Source: an uncultured Actinomycetes bacterium (lineage in GTDB: Bacteria > Actinomycetota > Coriobacteriia > Anaerosomatales > PHET01). Taken from it: a stretch of DNA of 64,000 nucleotides. Both the position numbers and the translations under genes were made by a program. The stretch's first letter is position 1, and each line of letters opens with the position of its first letter. The stretch is from assembly GCA_963726325.1 (NCBI GenBank), contig CAVSCA010000004.1, positions 8,466 through 72,465 on the forward strand. Direction: 5' to 3'. Below are positions 53,555 through 63,596 of this stretch, piece by piece. A model generated the notes under the pieces. The model was not told where the DNA came from, made no database searches, and saw only the letters and a list, made by a program, of their open reading frames with translations.

Positions 53555-56500
53555 ATGGCAACTAGAGACATAGGGCAGTCGTTCGACGGTATGACGAGAC
53601 GCGCGTTTCTGAAGACCGCGGCGATTGCCGGTGCGGCCGCCAGTTGTGGTTTCGACGTCGCGTACAACGCCGAGAAGGCGCTGGCGTACGAGAACGACAC
53701 CACGAACTACAAGGTCACAAGCACCACATGCCCGTACTGCTCGGCGAGCTGCGGCCAGCGTGTGGTCACGGCTCTCACCGGCGCCAACGCCGGCAGGGTC
53801 GTAGACATCTATGGTGACTACGAGTCGCCGATGAACTCCGGTGGTCTGTGCGCGAAGGGCGCTGGATCGCTGCAGCTCGTGAACAACTCGCGCCGTATCG
53901 GTGCCTACCCGGGCGCTCATCCCGAGACCGGTTTCGGCGCCAGTTCCGTCTTCGGCTTCGACAGCACCTACACCGACGGCATCGCCTACAAGCGGACCGG
54001 CGACGGCGACTGGAGCAAGATGAACCTCGATACCGCCATGGCGGAGATCGCGGCCGGTCTTGTCACCGCCAGGGGCGCGTTGAACCCCGCGACGTACAAC
54101 CAGAAGAACGTTGCGTTCCTGGGTTCGTCGCACATGAACAACGAGTCCAACTACATCTACCGCAAGACGATTGCGAACTTCGGCTCGAGCAACGTCGAGC
54201 ATCAGGCCCGTATATGACACAGCTCCACGGTGGCCGGTCTGGCCGCCGCATTCGGGCGTGGCGCGATGACGAACCATTGGGCCGACATCGCGAACGCGAC
54301 GAACATCGTCGTATGGGGAGCTAACCCGGCCGAGAACCACCCCGCGTGTATCGCACACGTCGGCCGTGCCCGCTTCCCCAAGCAGTTCTTCGCACCGACG
54401 GATCCTCGTTCGGGCAAGAAGGCTGCGAAGCTCATCGTGATCGATCCTCGGAAGAGCCGCACCGCACTTCTGTGCAACGAGGCCGAGGGCGATCGCTACG
54501 TACGCATCCGCCCCGGCACCGACATCGCGTTCGGCAACGGCCTGATGCGCTACATGATCAACAAGATCGAGGCGCTGCCTGGTGCAGATCCGGTGCGGAC
54601 AGCGTTCTTCGCGTACCTCAACAAGAACAACGCAGGGACGTTCTTCAGCGACGGAAACGCCACCACCGGCAGCTCCTCTGCGACCACCGTCCCCACCACT
54701 ACGGGCGCTGGTTTCGCAGGAGGCAACTCGATCTACACCGACGCGCGGTTCCTGGTGAACGCTGCAGGTACCGACTACCAGCGCGATCGCATCGTGCAGG
54801 CCACGGGAGCGGTCACTACCGCCGGGCCGGACAACACGACGGTCTCGAACTTCCCGCTGAAGGCCGCGACCGTCGATGCGAGCCCCGACACGGTTTACAG
54901 CCGCCTCAGGGCCCACATCGAGCCCTACACGCTTGCAGTGACTGCCGAGATCTGCGGCTGCACTGAGGCCGACATCATCTTCGTCGGCGATGCCTTCATC
55001 GAGAACAGCCGTTGCAGTGATCCCAACGGTCTGGTGACCACGGCCCCGCTGCCTTCTCCTGTCGCCCCGACCTACCGCGCAACGACCATGCTGTACGCGA
55101 TGGGCATCACGCAGCACACCTGCGGCGCTCAGAACGTGAAGATGTTCGCTCAGATCCAGATGCTTCTGGGCAACATGGGACGCGCCGGCGGCGGTATCAA
55201 CGCGCTGCGTGGTATCCACAACGTTCAGGGTTCGACCGACATGGGCCTGCTGTTCGGCAACATCCCCGCCTACTCGGGCAACCCGAGCAACCAGGTCACT
55301 GGCATTCCGGACGCATCCAACGCGTTCGGCCGCTACATGGACGCCTTGTGGGGCAACCCGCTCTCCGGCAGGCCGACTGTGGCGACTGCTGGTCAGACCG
55401 GTCGCGCGCTGATGGACGGGTCGTACCTCGACGCGTACAACAAGACGGGCACGGCTCTGGGCGCTATGGCGCTTCAGCAGGCTGGCTTCTTCAACATGAC
55501 GCTCAGGTGGTTCGGTGGCTATGCAGACGCGATTGCGCAGACCGACTTGGTCGCGCGCAAGACCATCGTCGACGCCGCCTACTCCCTGTGGCCGAAGGGC
55601 CCCGGTGACGATCACATCACCATGTTCCGCCAGATGGGAAGCGGCGCCACGAAGGCGTTGGTGTGCTGGGGTCAGAACCCCGCGGTAACGGAGCCGAACC
55701 AGGGCGCCATCCGCACCGGGCTCTACAACCTCGACCTGCTGGTCTGCACCGACATGTTCGCCAACGAGACCGCCATGGCGTCCCGCAAGCCGACCGGTGT
55801 CACCTATCTGATCCCATCGAGCTCGCACGTTGAGAAGGCCGGTTCGGCAACGAACTCCGGCCGCACGCTTCAGTGGCGCTACAAGGCCTCTGACCCGATG
55901 GGCAACAGCAAGGACGACACCGAGCTTCTGCTCAGGTTCGCCAAGGCGCTCGACGACAACCCGGCCGGTTCCGGCGGGTCGGCGTTCTCGCACATCAGGT
56001 CGGTGTGGGACGCGAACGGCATCACGTATGCCGGTTCGGTCTATCAGGAGCTGTACGCAAGCCAGTACGGCGGCTACGTTCCCGGTACGAATACCTTCGC
56101 CGGTGTTTCGGGTACCGCGGAGGTCGCGAACCTGCGCAAGGCCGTCAGCGATCCGATCACGTACACCACGGGCACCGTAACCGGTTCCGAGTGGGTTTCG
56201 GAGTCCGTCTACCGCCAGATGTGCGCTCCCGAGCGCCGTCGGCGGCACGATCTGGATCTACACCGGCGCGTACAACAACGGCGCAACGTGGACCACGGAC
56301 AACATCCCGGCGGTCGACTACGGCGCTCCTGATGGCGGTCCAGAACCGCGCGAAGAGCCGCGACCGGCAGGATCCGTCCGGCACCCTGGCCTCTCACGGC
56401 TGGGGCTACTCGTGGCTGGTCAACCGGCGAGTCCTCTACAACAACTCCGAGGTTCTTGGGGACGTTGCGGACTTCTACATGGGTCCCGACTCGTGCGCTC

Positions 56501-57251
56501 GCCTGTTCGTTTCGACGAGCACGGCAGTGCTCAACTACTCACGCTGGTACCGCACGATCCACCGTATGGCCGACAGGCCCAGCACGGTCGTCGCGGGAGA
56601 CACCACGAGCCCGCACTATGTCGGCTCAGTCTCCTACGCGGGCCGCTTCCCCGGTCACACCGAGCCCTACGAGTCGCCCAAGCCCGCCTTGGTCGCCAAG
56701 TGGGGTCGCAACACCAAGGGCGGCGGCGCATGGGACCTGGTGAAGATCGACACGCGCGTTGCGGGACGCGGCTTCACGGCCAGCGGCGGCAAGCCGTCAC
56801 CGACCCGGCAGCTACCGCCTTCCCGTTGGTGCTGACCACCATCCGGTGCGTCGAGCACTTCCAGGGCGGTCCCATCACCCGCAACAACTGGTGGAACGTC
56901 GAGCTCGAGCCCGAGCCGTGGATCGAGATCAACACCGCCAATGCCAGGTACTCGGACGGTACGATCATCAAGAACGGCGATATGGTCAGGGTCGTCACGG
57001 CCCGCATCGTCAACGATGCCGGCGCGACGGTCATCCCTGCGCAGTACGGTTCGGGCTTCAGGGCCCGCGTGGGCTCCGGTCTGCAGAACAACCAGAGCGT
57101 GGGCATGGGCGTAGTCGCGATTCCGTGGCACTGGGGTGAGCGAGGTCTGTCGACCGGCTCCCGTGCCAACGACCTATGCATCGACGCGGGTGACGCGAAC
57201 ACCGTCATCCCCGAGTCGAAGGCATGTCTCTGTCGTCTCGAGAAGATGTAG
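53555..57251 (+). CDS. fdnG: Tat-exported selenocysteine-containing formate dehydrogenase alpha subunit (FdnG/FdhA type, ~1230 aa; frameshifts near 56230-56330 and 56790)
   Basis: TRRAFLK; CPYCSASC...LCAKG; HQARI-U(TGA 54215)-HSSTVAGL...FGRGAMTNHW; WGANPAENHP; INALRGIHNVQG; EKAGSATNSGR; IPWHWG; IPESKA. Confidence 0.93.
54215..54247 (+). promoter_or_regulatory. In-frame UGA (Sec) and bacterial SECIS hairpin
   Basis: TGA, 11-nt spacer, then stem GGTGGCC-GGTCT-GGCCGCC. Confidence 0.88.
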
Positions 57252-57264
57252 GGAGGTGTGAACA

Positions 57265-58203
57265 ATGACTGTGATGGCGATTCTCCAAGAGGTAGACAAG
57301 TGCATGAGATGCAATGGGTGCGTCACCGCGTGCAAGCGTGAGTGGCAGATGAAGAACCCTACCAGCATCAACGATGTGAAGCCGCGACGCGCGGTCGTGA
57401 ACCCTCGGTCGCGTCTTGCGATCAAGAGCCTCAAGCGTGGCGACATGGGCCCGTTCGTCCGGTATGCCTGCTGGCACTGCCCCGACCCGCCCTGCGCGTA
57501 TGAGTGCCCTTTGGGTGCCATCCGCAAGGAGCCCACGGGTGCCATCAGCGTGGACAACGCAAAGTGCAACCCCAACGTGTGCAGCACCGGCACCGGCCCC
57601 AAGCCGTGTGAGATCGGCTGCCAGCGTGGCGGTTACCCGAAGGTCGGCGTCGTCTACGAGAGCGGTCCGTATGCCGGTCAGCTCAAGATGAACAAGTGCA
57701 CGCTGTGCACCGGACGCGCCGGCGCCGATGGCGTCGTCGATCCAAGCACCGCGCTGCCGACCCGCCAGAGCAAGGACGGCTCGGGCAACTGGGTCAGCTC
57801 ACTTCCGCTTCCCAGCGGCGGTACGCTGCCCAACCCGACGGTCCCCGAACTCGCTCACGAGCCGGCATGCGTTTCTTCGTGCCCGGCCAAGGCGATGCGG
57901 TGGGACAGCAAGGCCAACATCCTCGCGTACCTGAACGACTCGTCCAACGGATACAAGTTGGCCAACGGTACGCAGAACTGGATAGGCAACGGTGCGATGT
58001 ACTGGGCAAGCAAGAAGGTCTTGCTCACTCCTCCGAAAGCCGACCCGTTCATCGAGGACCACATAGCTCCCATGGCGAGCAGCATGCTCTCCGGCGGTCG
58101 GCTCGTGGTCCCCACGATCCTCCTTGGCGGTCTGGCAGCTTTGTCCGCCCGCAAGGAAAGCGTAAAGTCCGAAGAAGCAGCAGCGATCGCCGAGGAGGTG
58201 TAA
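57265..58203 (+). CDS. Formate dehydrogenase iron-sulfur (beta) subunit, FdnH/DmsB-like, with C-terminal hydrophobic anchor
   Basis: CMRCNGCVTAC, CWHCPDPPCAYECP, KCTLC...PACVSSCP; VVPTILLGGLAAL. Confidence 0.88.
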   Translation: MTVMAILQEVDKCMRCNGCVTACKREWQMKNPTSINDVKPRRAVVNPRSRLAIKSLKRGDMGPFVRYACWHCPDPPCAYECPLGAIRKEPTGAISVDNAKCNPNVCSTGTGPKPCEIGCQRGGYPKVGVVYESGPYAGQLKMNKCTLCTGRAGADGVVDPSTALPTRQSKDGSGNWVSSLPLPSGGTLPNPTVPELAHEPACVSSCPAKAMRWDSKANILAYLNDSSNGYKLANGTQNWIGNGAMYWASKKVLLTPPKADPFIEDHIAPMASSMLSGGRLVVPTILLGGLAALSARKESVKSEEAAAIAEEV

Positions 58204-58209
58204 CCCAAC

Positions 58210-59504
58210 ATGAGAATCAGCAAGCTCTCACTCGCAGTACTCCTCGTCCTCGCGGTGGCTCTCGCGGTGCCTAGCGTCGCTATGGCCAACTTCGCGATCC
58301 ACGGCAACTACGTTGCGGACACCGATGCGTGCGCCGGTTGTCACCGTGCGCACACCTCGGTCTCCACGATCACGTGGACCGACTCGACCGTTGCGCAGGA
58401 GCAGCACTCCGCACTCCTCGTCACCTCGGCGACCGAGATGTGGCAGTTCTGCTACGCATGCCACGATGCGACGAGCCAGGGTGCCGACACCAACGTCCAG
58501 CAGGGCATCTACGAGGGCACCCTCTACGGTACCCAAGGTGAGTGCTCAACGGCGGCGGTTTCGAAGAGCTGGGCGGTGTGCCCGTTACTTCGACGCACAT
58601 GTACAAGGGTTCGTCGTGGGGTGCCTACGGAGGCGGCTACGCCGGCACCGGCAGCACCTTCGCGGCCGACTACAGCGACGCCGGTCAGGGCCCCAACGCG
58701 TTCATGAATGGTACGGGCAACTCCATCAGGATGGACTGCGCGACCTGCCATGACCCGCACGGCAGCCCGAACTACCGCGTGCTCAAGACCGTCGTCAACG
58801 GCAACCCCGTCGGCGAGTATGCGCCGAGCGGCAATCCGGCGGACCCGGATCCTGACGGTTTCGTCTCATCGGTCGAGCCCGGCTGGCCGGTCAACGGCTT
58901 CCGGCTGCACACCGCCTACCCTGCCTACACGCCGAACTACACCACGGCGATGTATGCCAAGGGTTACGACATGACGGACGCTACGCTGGCTAACGGCGCT
59001 ACCGGCCGGAACTTCAACAAAGGCATGAGCGGCTGGTGCGCTGGCTGCCACAACACCTACCTTGGCCCGGTCGGGACCTTCACCAAGACCAACAGTCTTG
59101 GTATCTCGAGCAGCTACCGTAGTGTGGCGAGCACGTACAACGCCGGTGACGGTATGGGTCTTGAGCTTCGCCACAAGCACCCGATCAACGTCGAGTTGGA
59201 CTCGTACAACGGTCCCGACAAGGCGAACATGATCATCACCGGTCAGATCCTTCCCCTCGCTCACGATATCGACGAGCAGGGCGCGCCCACACCGGACGCG
59301 CAGGACTGGATCGAGTGCCTGACCTGCCACCGTGCCCACGGTACCGCGGCTGACATGACCGGCTACGCGTCGAACGCCGGCGCCGAGACGGTCTTGGATG
59401 TCGATGGCATCGCGCGCAACACCTTCCCGGCCCAGAACGCGGTTCCGTCGGCGCTCCTGCGCCACGACAACCGTGGTGTCTGCGAGAGGTGTCACAACAA
59501 GTAG
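58210..59504 (+). CDS. Secreted hexaheme cytochrome c, OmcS-like (frameshift near 58540)
   Basis: Sec signal peptide; six CxxCH motifs (CAGCH, CYACH, CATCH, CAGCH, CLTCH, CERCH); ~430 aa when joined. Confidence 0.88.
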
Positions 59505-59507
59505 GAG

Positions 59508-61130
59508 TTGGAACGCGCGTGTGCCGGCGCGCTTCTGCTACCGTGGAGGGGTCGGGGACTTGTCCCCGGCCCCTCCCGCGTAGCCGTCACCACCTGCGGA
59601 TTCATCGCCGACGCGGTCGCCCCGCGGCCGCTTGTAGGGAGCCGAGTTGCCGTTCCGCCCACCAGAGCGTTCGTTGCCGCAATCGTCGCACTCGCGGGGG
59701 CTTCGGGCTCCTTCGTCCTGACGACGGCGGTCATGGACACGCTGCCCGACAGCGTCGTGGTGGGGCTCTCGGTAGTCGTGGCCTTTCTTGCGGCTGCCGC
59801 GCTGTTTGGCCGAGGAGCACTGCCAGCCATCAGGTCAGCCGAGAAGGGCTTCGTGCTCTGGGCTGCGATCGCAGGTGTACTCGCGTTCTGGGCGGCGCCG
59901 CTTCTCGTGCTCTCGCAGCGCGCAAGCGACGCGCCGTCGGGTGCGGAGTCGCTCTTCTTCACCACGACGGCGTGGGGGGTCATCTGCGTGCTCGTCGCCT
60001 CCGCCGTGTCGCTCGAGCGCCCCGCCGTCACCGCAGTGGCTGGTGCGGTCGCTGCACTCGCGGGAGCCGCGGGGCTGCTCGCCAGCTGGGAGCGCCCGAG
60101 CTCGTTCTCGCCATTCGCGAAGTTCCCGGCCCGTGAAGCGCTGATGCTGCTGGCTGGGCTCATGTTCGCGGCCGGGCTGCTGGTGTTGGCCGGAATCGTC
60201 CGTCGGCTGGGTGCGCGTACCACCGCAGTAGTGGCGCTGGGTGGTGCTGCAGCAATCGGGCTCGTGGTTGCTGCGGTTCCCGCGATCAGCGCAGGGCTGG
60301 CCTCCGGGCCGCTGCTCTCGACCGTCTACCTCGGCGTCACGACAGCGCTCTTCGCAGTCGGGTTGCTGCTGGTTGTCGAGGACGCCGGGATGTCGCGCGC
60401 ATCGATCGCGCTTCTCGGCGCGCCCGTTGCCGTGACCCTGCTCTCGCTCGTCGAACGCGTTACGGGCGTCTACGGTCCCAACCCGATGCACGTTCCCGGA
60501 GTGGCCGGTGGCGCGCTCGCGATGCTGGCCGCGTTGGCGGTCGTCTGGCTTGCAGCCGCTTGGCCGGAGGAGTGCTCGCCCAGTAGCCACCGGCATCGCC
60601 CGGCTACCGCTGCTCTTGGGCGCGGCTGCACTTGCTCTCTCCACAGTGGCGCTCTTCACGGCCGCGCTCACCGCCCGCGCGCAAGGCGGTCTCGAAGGCG
60701 GCTTCGACGCCACTTGGGCGATGTTCGGCTACGAGGCCGCAGCGAGTTGGCTCGTCTTCGCCGCAGCGGGACTCGCTTGGCGGCCGCGTTTCTGGCTGTG
60801 CAGACGGCCCGCGCGAGGGACTGGGTGCCTTCGGCCGCTGCGGCTCTCGTGTGCGCGGTCGCATCGGTACCGCTTGCGGGCACCACCCTGGCGACGTGGA
60901 ACCGCTGGGTGCCGGCCGACGTCCAGCAGACGTACGGCACCGAGTACTCCACCCTCACTATCGCAGGCCGCCTCGACGTGGTGCGGCTGGTCGCGATGGC
61001 GCTCGCCGTGGCGGCGGTAGTCGCGCTCGCGGTGGTTGCCGGCCGGAAGGCCCGGCGGGACACGACTGAGCCGCCTCCGGTCGAGTCGGGCGCACCTGCG
61101 GTCGGCGCCGCGCAGGAGGGGACGCTGTGA
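59508..61130 (+). CDS. Large multi-pass membrane protein (EamA/DMT-like N-terminal part; true start probably downstream of 59576; frameshifts)
   Basis: More than 12 hydrophobic segments. Confidence 0.6.
   Translation: MERACAGALLLPWRGRGLVPGPSRVAVTTCGFIADAVAPRPLVGSRVAVPPTRAFVAAIVALAGASGSFVLTTAVMDTLPDSVVVGLSVVVAFLAAAALFGRGALPAIRSAEKGFVLWAAIAGVLAFWAAPLLVLSQRASDAPSGAESLFFTTTAWGVICVLVASAVSLERPAVTAVAGAVAALAGAAGLLASWERPSSFSPFAKFPAREALMLLAGLMFAAGLLVLAGIVRRLGARTTAVVALGGAAAIGLVVAAVPAISAGLASGPLLSTVYLGVTTALFAVGLLLVVEDAGMSRASIALLGAPVAVTLLSLVERVTGVYGPNPMHVPGVAGGALAMLAALAVVWLAAAWPEECSPSSHRHRPATAALGRGCTCSLHSGALHGRAHRPRARRSRRRLRRHLGDVRLRGRSELARLRRSGTRLAAAFLAVQTARARDWVPSAAAALVCAVASVPLAGTTLATWNRWVPADVQQTYGTEYSTLTIAGRLDVVRLVAMALAVAAVVALAVVAGRKARRDTTEPPPVESGAPAVGAAQEGTL
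59545..59576 (+). terminator. Strong hairpin after the cytochrome gene
   Basis: GGAGGGGTCGGGGAC-TT-GTCCCCGGCCCCTCC. Confidence 0.7.
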
Positions 61131-61965
61131 GACGCACGGGCACCCTCATCGTCGCAGTGGCTCTGGTAGCGGCTCTTGCTTCGGGCTGCCAGCACACAGT
61201 GCAGGTGCAGACCGGCACGCGGGTCGTCGACGAGCAGGGGCGGGTCGTCTCGGAAGAAGATCAAGACGGTCTCTGTGCCACAAGGCGAGGCGGGCAAGTA
61301 CCGCGTTGTCACCGTGACCCAGGAGTCGAGACTCACCGGGCTCTACGACGAGGCGCAGCGCGCGATCGCCGCAGGCGACCTGGCGACGGCCGAGGCGAAG
61401 CTCGCCGAGCTCCTGAGCATCTCGAAGCCGTACAGAAAGGCCCAGGAGCAGCTCGACTCGATCAGGGCCGGCAAGAAGGTCGTGGCCGACACCGGCGCGA
61501 GCGGCGGCGACGGCGGTTCCGGCGGCGGATCATCGGGTGGCTCCACCAAGCCGCCGCCCTCGACGGAGCCCACGGCGGCGCCCACCGGACTGGCGCGCTG
61601 GACGCCCGACGCGCTCAGCGGTTTCTCGGCGGGCAAGGTGCAGCTCGATCCGCTCTCGGTGTCTCGGCAGTACACGGACGCGAAAGGCTGCTCTTGCGCA
61701 GCTCGTCATCTACGCCGAGCAGTTCCGCTCGGCGGCCGAGGCGCGAAGCAGCTCGCGACTTCAGGTCAAGCAGCGCTACCCCGAGAGCTCCGACAGCGTG
61801 AAGGTCAACGGGCGGACCGTCTACTTCGGCACCGACGGGCGGTCGTTTGCAGCGGCCGGCTTCACCGACGGCGCCGTGATGGTGGCGATCGAGGGGCTCC
61901 CGGAGTCGGGCAAGCCTTCCGGCCTCAAGGGCCGGCTGATGGGCATCGTCGAGCAGCTGCGGTAG
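61127..61965 (+). CDS. Hypothetical lipoprotein (frameshifted)
   Basis: Lipobox LASGC; Gly/Ser/Pro linker between two domains. Confidence 0.7.
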
Positions 61966-62014
61966 CCTAGCGGCGCCACGATCAGACTCTGGAAACGGCT
62001 ACGCTCGCGTTCGC

Positions 62015-62050
62015 TTGACCACACGAATTAGACGGATTAGTCTAATCCGT
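62015..62050 (+). promoter_or_regulatory. Promoter with overlapping palindromic TetR operator(s)
   Basis: TTGACC-N17-TAGTCT; ATTAGAC-N6-GTCTAAT and ACGGATTAG-T-CTAATCCGT. Confidence 0.7.
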
Positions 62051-62094
62051 GTGGGGGTCACTTCCAGCAAGCGCCGATGGACAGGTGAGATGCT

Positions 62095-62715
62095 GTGGCT
62101 AGCACGAGACGAGAAGACATCATCGACGCGGCGATGGCCATCTTCAACGATCGCGGCACTCGTTCGGTGACGACCCACCACATCGCCGAGGCGATGGGCA
62201 TCAGCCCGGGCAATCTCTACTACTACTTCGGCAGCAAAGAGGCGATCCTGCTAGCGATCTACGAGCGGGCGATTGCGGAGTACAACGAGTTCTGGCGAGA
62301 AGCGGCAGCCGTCACGCCCGACCCGCTCACGATGCTGTGCATGCTCGACGCCATCTTCGCGCATCAGTGGAAGTACCGATGCCTCCAGCGCGAGTTTCCC
62401 GTGCTCGTGCGCGAGTACGGGCTAATTGCCGAGCGGTACCGAGAGATGCAGCAGCGGCGAGTCTCGTTCTACCGCTACATCTGCACGCAGTGGGTCGACA
62501 GCGGCCACCTCCGTCCGATGTCGCCCCAGGAGCTCGACGACCTGGTGGCAGCGACGTGGCTGGTGGGCGAGTCGTGGCTGGGTTATCTCGAGGCCATGGG
62601 CAAGGGCGCCGACGAGATCGAAGTGCGCCGGGGCGCGCGGCTCGTCTACACGCTGCTCCGACCGTACCTGGCCGAGCAGACCATTCGGCTCATCGAGGCG
62701 AGTTGGGCTTCGTAG
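62095..62715 (+). CDS. TetR/AcrR family regulator
   Basis: TTHHIAEAMGISPGNLYYYFGSKE. Confidence 0.92.
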   Translation: MASTRREDIIDAAMAIFNDRGTRSVTTHHIAEAMGISPGNLYYYFGSKEAILLAIYERAIAEYNEFWREAAAVTPDPLTMLCMLDAIFAHQWKYRCLQREFPVLVREYGLIAERYREMQQRRVSFYRYICTQWVDSGHLRPMSPQELDDLVAATWLVGESWLGYLEAMGKGADEIEVRRGARLVYTLLRPYLAEQTIRLIEASWAS

Positions 62716-62753
62716 CGCGCGCGGTTTGGGAAGCGGTACCGGGAGGGGGCGGC

Positions 62754-63596
62754 ATGGACGGGAATGGAGCGCGGCCGGTGCAGCATGAGCTCGACGGGCT
62801 GGCGGTCCACGAGATCGGTCATGGTGACCCTGTGCTGCTCGTCCCGTACTGGCACGCGTTCACGACCTCGCCGATGGCCGAGGGACCTCTCGCGGAGATG
62901 CTTGTCTCGATCGGGCGGCGCGTCATCACCTTCGACCCACCCGGCGCCTACGGATCGAGTCGTCGGCCCACGATGGAGGTCGCCGAGATGGTCGGGTGTG
63001 CCCTCGAGGCGCTGGACGCGGTAGGGGTCGCGGGCTCGGTCGATGTCGTTGGGCACAGTGCCGGAGCGTACTGTGCAGCGGTGCTCGCATGCGAACACTC
63101 TGAGCGGGTAGGACGGCTTGCACTCGTGTCACCGACCGGTGTCGGCGATCCCTCGAAGCTTCGCGCGCTGCCGTGGGGGCCGCTCGACTCACGATTCTGG
63201 CGCTTCTATCGGCTGGCGATCCCCGTCTACGGGGGTCGGGCGAGTGCCGCCCAGCACAAGGCCGTCTACGACTTGCTCGTTCCGGCGCTGCACGCCCGCT
63301 CGTCGAAGTGCCCGGGGCTGACGTTGGCTCCGGGAGCCGGGGATGCACCCGCGCCGCCGCGTGCAGCCATGATCCGCGATGTTCCGCCGCTGAAGCGCCG
63401 GGAACTCAACGAGATCGGATGCCCCGTGCTGGTCGCTTCGGGCACGTGCGACCCCATCGTGCCGCTACCGCTCGCCGAGAAGGTCGTCGCCTGGTTGCCC
63501 GATGCGCGCCTTGAGGTTCTCGAGGGCTGTGGGCACTATCCGCAACACGAGATGCCCAAGGACCTGGCGCGCGCGCTCTCGGGATTCCTCGCCTAG
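62754..63596 (+). CDS. Alpha/beta fold hydrolase
   Basis: FDPPGAYGSS, VVGHSAGA, GTCDP, GCGHYPQHE. Confidence 0.88.
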   Translation: MDGNGARPVQHELDGLAVHEIGHGDPVLLVPYWHAFTTSPMAEGPLAEMLVSIGRRVITFDPPGAYGSSRRPTMEVAEMVGCALEALDAVGVAGSVDVVGHSAGAYCAAVLACEHSERVGRLALVSPTGVGDPSKLRALPWGPLDSRFWRFYRLAIPVYGGRASAAQHKAVYDLLVPALHARSSKCPGLTLAPGAGDAPAPPRAAMIRDVPPLKRRELNEIGCPVLVASGTCDPIVPLPLAEKVVAWLPDARLEVLEGCGHYPQHEMPKDLARALSGFLA

